Assembly: GCA_963831675.1 (NCBI GenBank)
Contig: CAWHRM010000011.1
Location: forward strand, 43,754-107,753
DNA length: 64,000 bases
Reading direction: 5' to 3'
Source of the DNA: an uncultured Acidobacteriaceae bacterium
Lineage (GTDB): Bacteria > Acidobacteriota > Terriglobia > Terriglobales > Acidobacteriaceae
Shown: positions 60,662-64,000 of the stretch, in pieces
Layout of the letters: each line of letters starts with the position of its first letter
Numbering within the stretch: the stretch's first letter is position 1
Translations under genes and position numbers: made by a program
The notes under the pieces: model-generated
Seen by the model: only the letters and a program-made list of their open reading frames with translations
Database searches by the model: none
What the model was told of the DNA's origin: nothing

Positions 60662-61174
60662 ATGAGCAGCTTGCAGGAAGCCATCACTTCAGTTCTTGGA
60701 GATTATGTGCCTGACGTCGCCGGGTGCAGTGCGAGTAAACACCGGGAAGTGTATGAGCAGAACCGTCATCGGATTTATGCCTTGGCGTTCTGGATGACTG
60801 ACAGCGAGTTGGCAGCGGAAGAACTCATGACCAATGTCTTCTGCCGCGTGTTTGCGAAGAGCGAGGCGCCTCCGCCGGAGGAGATCGATTGTGCCCTGAT
60901 CGCCGAGGTACGACAATACCAGCCGCTGGGAGCATTAACCCTGGACTGCGCGCCAAGCGACAAAATTCTGTCTGTCCGCCGCAACGTCCGGCGAGTCGAT
61001 TTGGAACGCGCGGTGATGCAATTGCCGAGCACAGAAAAGATGATTTTCCTCATGCACGACGTCGAGCGCTACGACCACGCTCGCATCGCCCGGACCCTGG
61101 GACTTACTCCGGATCAATCGCGCGAAGGGCTGCACCAGGCCCGGCTGCGGATACGCGAACTGCTGGCGACATAA
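60662..61174 (+). CDS. ECF-type sigma-70 family factor
   Basis: The region 2-like part is YEQNRHRIYALAFWMTDSELAAEELMTNVF. The region 4 HTH is LPSTEKMIFLMHDVERYDHARIARTLGLTPDQSREGLHQARLRIRELL. A strong AAAGGAGG precedes the ATG. Confidence 0.75.
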   Translation: MSSLQEAITSVLGDYVPDVAGCSASKHREVYEQNRHRIYALAFWMTDSELAAEELMTNVFCRVFAKSEAPPPEEIDCALIAEVRQYQPLGALTLDCAPSDKILSVRRNVRRVDLERAVMQLPSTEKMIFLMHDVERYDHARIARTLGLTPDQSREGLHQARLRIRELLAT

Positions 61175-61215
61175 CTTTTCATATCGAATTGCTTTCGTCT
61201 CTCTCCTGAACGCTG

Positions 61216-61241
61216 ATGCCCCTCGGAAGAGGGGCATTTTT
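61216..61241 (+). terminator. rho-independent terminator
   Basis: Stem atgcccctc / gaggggcat, loop ggaa, and a T-run whose first t is the last stem base. Confidence 0.75.
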
Positions 61242-61311
61242 GTGCGTGAACCGATTCGACTCGCTCCTGCGCGAGGAGCGGGCAAGGCGGAAACGATTCG
61301 GCAGCAGGCTC

Positions 61312-62136
61312 CTAAAGCGCAGGGCCAGCACCGGCGGCAGCCGCGGCGGCGGATTGCAGGCCTTGCGGCGTCGTCTGCTTGAGATATTTTTGGAGGTCAA
61401 CCACGATGTCAGAAAATCCTTCTTCCCCGGTGATATCGAGCAGGGCAAATCCCAGAGTCATGGCCTTGTAGAAATTGGGTGCTTCAATCAGATCTTTATC
61501 ATTCTTCAGGCGGGCGGCGGCAGCGGCGATCTGCTGTTTCTCTACGTCGCTCAAGTTCTGAAACGAGGACATGGAGATTACCAGGAAATTCGCCGCCACT
61601 CCGAAATCCGCTGCAGATCCTATGAGCGCCGCGATGTCCGACGCCTTTTCGAAGACTAGCTGCTGGCGGCGCGCCGCACGCTGCCGGTCGATCTTACGGT
61701 CCACGATCTTCAAGACAGAGGAGAGCACGATATCGGGCCCGACAGGGAATTCCTTGCCATCGTCGGAACGGAAAACGAATAGCTTGGAGCGGAAGATTGC
61801 CATCGCTCCGAAACCGGCGAACACTGCCGTAGAGTAGGGATGGCCGACCAGCGTGGGGAATGTGGCAGGGGACTTTTGCAGGACGATGAAGGCCACCCAT
61901 GCAAGGATGCCATTGATTGCGAAATAGGCGCCGCCGTAAGCGTTGAAGGCGGCACGCAAAGGCTCGTCCCGATAGCGGGAGATGATCTCTGAGAAACCCA
62001 CCAACTCACCGAGAAGTATGGCCAGAAGCGGGGGGAGGATGGCCGTCCAACTACCACCGTTACCGAGATAAGAGAGCAAAATCGGAAGTCCGAGAAGCAG
62101 CAAGACCATCCCGACGATTCGGGCCGCAGTGTTCAT
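61312..62136 (-). CDS. hypothetical membrane protein (4 N-terminal TM segments plus a ~150-aa cytoplasmic helical domain)
   Basis: IVGMVLLLLGLPILLSYL, ILPPLLAILLGELVGF, GAYFAINGILAWVAFIVL and TAVFAGFGAMAIF, then a charged helical region and an Ala-rich tail. I recognise no family. Confidence 0.5.
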   Translation of the reverse strand: MNTAARIVGMVLLLLGLPILLSYLGNGGSWTAILPPLLAILLGELVGFSEIISRYRDEPLRAAFNAYGGAYFAINGILAWVAFIVLQKSPATFPTLVGHPYSTAVFAGFGAMAIFRSKLFVFRSDDGKEFPVGPDIVLSSVLKIVDRKIDRQRAARRQQLVFEKASDIAALIGSAADFGVAANFLVISMSSFQNLSDVEKQQIAAAAARLKNDKDLIEAPNFYKAMTLGFALLDITGEEGFSDIVVDLQKYLKQTTPQGLQSAAAAAAGAGPAL

Positions 62137-62171
62137 GCGATTGCTCGGAGGAGAGGAAAGACTTCAACTCG

Positions 62172-62537
62172 CTAGAGTCCCAATCTCTGCATGTAATCAC
62201 GGGCTTCTTGTCTTAGCTCAACCTGGTAATTGCCCCTGGGGTCACTCTTGTCCACGTTGATCCAATGAAAATCGGCCGACATTTTGTCGAGAACGTGAAA
62301 CAGAGTTTCCAGCGGTATCTTGGTAGCGTCCACAAGTTGAAAAGCGCCAGCCTTGCCTCCTTCCTTTTGCAGCTCGCGCAGAATGGGAACGCCGAAGGCC
62401 ACCACCGCTTCTTGCATGGCCGCGGAGGCAGGGGCGGGGGGTACGTCCCCAGGTCTCTCCCTCGCGGGTGCCTCCTCGGCGGGAGAGCGCTTTACGGCGT
62501 CGATCAGGTAATCCAAATTAGACAGAGGCTGCGCCAC
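62172..62537 (-). CDS. hypothetical small protein, possibly winged-helix-like
   Basis: The start is placed at GTG 62537, 6 nt after GGAGG and downstream of the lysS hairpin, whereas the listed ORF 62172..62684 runs back into lysS. The C-terminus GVPILRELQKEGGKAGAFQLVDATKIPLETLFHVLDKMSADFHWINV looks like an HTH plus wing, but the call is weak. Confidence 0.4.
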   Translation of the reverse strand: MAQPLSNLDYLIDAVKRSPAEEAPARERPGDVPPAPASAAMQEAVVAFGVPILRELQKEGGKAGAFQLVDATKIPLETLFHVLDKMSADFHWINVDKSDPRGNYQVELRQEARDYMQRLGL

Positions 62538-62589
62538 GATAAACCTCCACGTAGCACCACAGTATGCCCAAGACCGGAAAATGTCCAGC

Positions 62590-62642
62590 GACGGAAAAGG
62601 GCGATGATTGGCATCTAGCTCCTCACTTCGGATAGATGCCAA
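62590..62642 (-). terminator. putative terminator hairpin after lysS
   Basis: On the minus strand, ttggcatcta / tagatgccaa forms a 10-bp stem with a 15-nt loop (62608-62642), followed by tcatcgcccttttcc. Confidence 0.45.
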
Positions 62643-62652
62643 GTGCTGCACT

Positions 62653-64000
62653 TTAGCTCTTTGTTTCTTGCTCCGCGCTGTCAATCTCCTCTTCTTCTTC
62701 GCGCTTCAAGGGACGCAGCAGTGGGAACAGGATGACATCGCGGATGGAGCGTGAATCGCTCAGCAACATGGTCAGGCGATCGATGCCGACACCCTCGCCG
62801 GCGGTCGGCGGCAATCCATACGACAGCGCGCGAATGTAATCCTCGTCCATCTGGTGAGCTTCTTCGTCGCCGCGGGCGCGTTCGCCCAACTGCTGCTCGA
62901 AGCGGCGGCGCTGCTCCTCAGGATCGTTCAGCTCGCTGAAGGCGTTGCCGATCTCCAGGCCGCCAACGAAGATTTCGAAGCGCTCCACCCACTCGGCGTT
63001 CTCCTCTGGCTCGCGCTTGTTCTTGGAGAGTGGCGAGATGGCAAGTGGGAAGTCATAAATGAAGGTCGGCTGAATCAGGTACGGCTCAGCGACGAACTCA
63101 AATATGTCGGCAATCGTTTTGCCGTTGGGCGCGGCTGGATCGTACGGGATGTGCGGGTTGGCCGCATTGTAACCATGCACCATCGCGGCGATCTGCTCCG
63201 CGCTGGAGAAATCGCTCATCTGCGGCCTGGCTCCGCCGTTCTCCGGCCAGAACTTGATGATGGCCTCGCGCATGGAGAAGCGCTGGAAATTGCCGAAGTC
63301 GATCTCGTGCCCGCTGTAGTGCGTGATGGTTGTGCCGTTTACGTCGCGCGAGACTTGCGCCAGCATCTCGGCGGTGAAGTCCATCATGTCGCGGTAGTCG
63401 GCGTAGGCCATGTAGAACTCAAGCATGGTGAACTCAGGATTGTGCTGCGTTGAGATGCCTTCGTTGCGGAAATTGCGGTTGATCTCATACACGCGGTCCA
63501 TGCCGCCCACGACCAGCCGCTTCAGATAAAGCTCCGGCGCGATGCGCAGGTACAGGTCCGCGTCAAGCGTGTTGTGATGTGTGATGAACGGCTTGGCCAC
63601 CGCGCCTCCGGCGATGGGATGCATCATCGGGGTCTCGACTTCGATGAAGCCGTTGCTATCGAGGAAGCGCCGCAGCGACTGCACGACTTTCGCGCGCTTG
63701 ATGAACACCTCGCGCACTTCGGGATTCATTGTTAGATCAACGTAGCGGCGGCGATAGCGGGTTTCGACATCCTGCAGGCCGTGCCACTTCTCGGGCAATG
63801 GGAGCAGGTCTTTTACCAGGAACGTGATCTCTTCCACGTGGACCGTAAGTTCGTTCGTGCGGGTGCGAAACAGGTACCCTCTTACTCCGATGTAGTCACC
63901 GATGTCGAGCAGTTTGTAGAGCTGAAAACCCTTCTCGCCGACGTTGTCGAGCCGGACGTAGATTTGCAGCCGGCGTCCGCCCTGCTGGAGATGGGCAAAA
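62653..64000 (-). CDS. lysS: lysine--tRNA ligase (class II), 5-prime end beyond the window
   Basis: The OB-fold end reads ...[32 protein letters not shown]. The class II motifs are [18 protein letters not shown] and FRNEGIS...[11 protein letters not shown]...[15 protein letters not shown]. The frame stays open to position 64000. Confidence 0.9.
   Translation of the reverse strand, partial: FAHLQQGGRRLQIYVRLDNVGEKGFQLYKLLDIGDYIGVRGYLFRTRTNELTVHVEEITFLVKDLLPLPEKWHGLQDVETRYRRRYVDLTMNPEVREVFIKRAKVVQSLRRFLDSNGFIEVETPMMHPIAGGAVAKPFITHHNTLDADLYLRIAPELYLKRLVVGGMDRVYEINRNFRNEGISTQHNPEFTMLEFYMAYADYRDMMDFTAEMLAQVSRDVNGTTITHYSGHEIDFGNFQRFSMREAIIKFWPENGGARPQMSDFSSAEQIAAMVHGYNAANPHIPYDPAAPNGKTIADIFEFVAEPYLIQPTFIYDFPLAISPLSKNKREPEENAEWVERFEIFVGGLEIGNAFSELNDPEEQRRRFEQQLGERARGDEEAHQMDEDYIRALSYGLPPTAGEGVGIDRLTMLLSDSRSIRDVILFPLLRPLKREEEEEIDSAEQETKS

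Overview
GC-rich bacterial chromosomal segment, roughly 55-62% GC on lines I sampled by eye. Gene content and intergenic repeat style look Acidobacteriota-like, which is inference only. Most of the window is housekeeping and envelope genes. These include a complete Tol-Pal cluster (tolQ-tolR-tolA-tolB-pal-cpoB), a peptidoglycan-recycling group (murQ, two serine hydrolases, a NamZ-like domain), purC, cvpA, citrate synthase, a cysteine desulfurase next to mnmA, lysS, sixA next to ppx, an orphan nuoB, a glycosyltransferase cluster, c-di-GMP enzymes and an ECF-type sigma factor. No rRNA, tRNA, CRISPR array, transposase or integrase was found. Six things stand out. (1) A small Rdx/SelW-like gene reads through an in-frame TGA inside a CxxU motif and has a SECIS-like hairpin, so the ORF track truncates it. 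(2) A TIR-NB-ARC-TPR STAND (bacterial NLR-like) gene is broken by several indels and one in-frame TAG. (3) At least 13 otherwise conserved genes carry frameshifts that cluster in some genes and spare others. Where polarity can be resolved they are single-base insertions, so assembly error and real decay must be told apart. (4) Almost every long intergenic region holds modular GC-rich hairpin repeats, some nested into MITE-like inverted-repeat composites. (5) Three tracts of 7-bp tandem repeats are present; two of them lie next to start codons. (6) Smaller accessory modules include a ribbon-helix-helix::DUF433 fusion with an AT-rich iterated operator, a VapBC pair behind a polypurine tract, and an uncharacterised two-gene membrane/winged-helix-like operon. 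I found no clearly novel multi-gene system, and all candidates are flagged with their limits.
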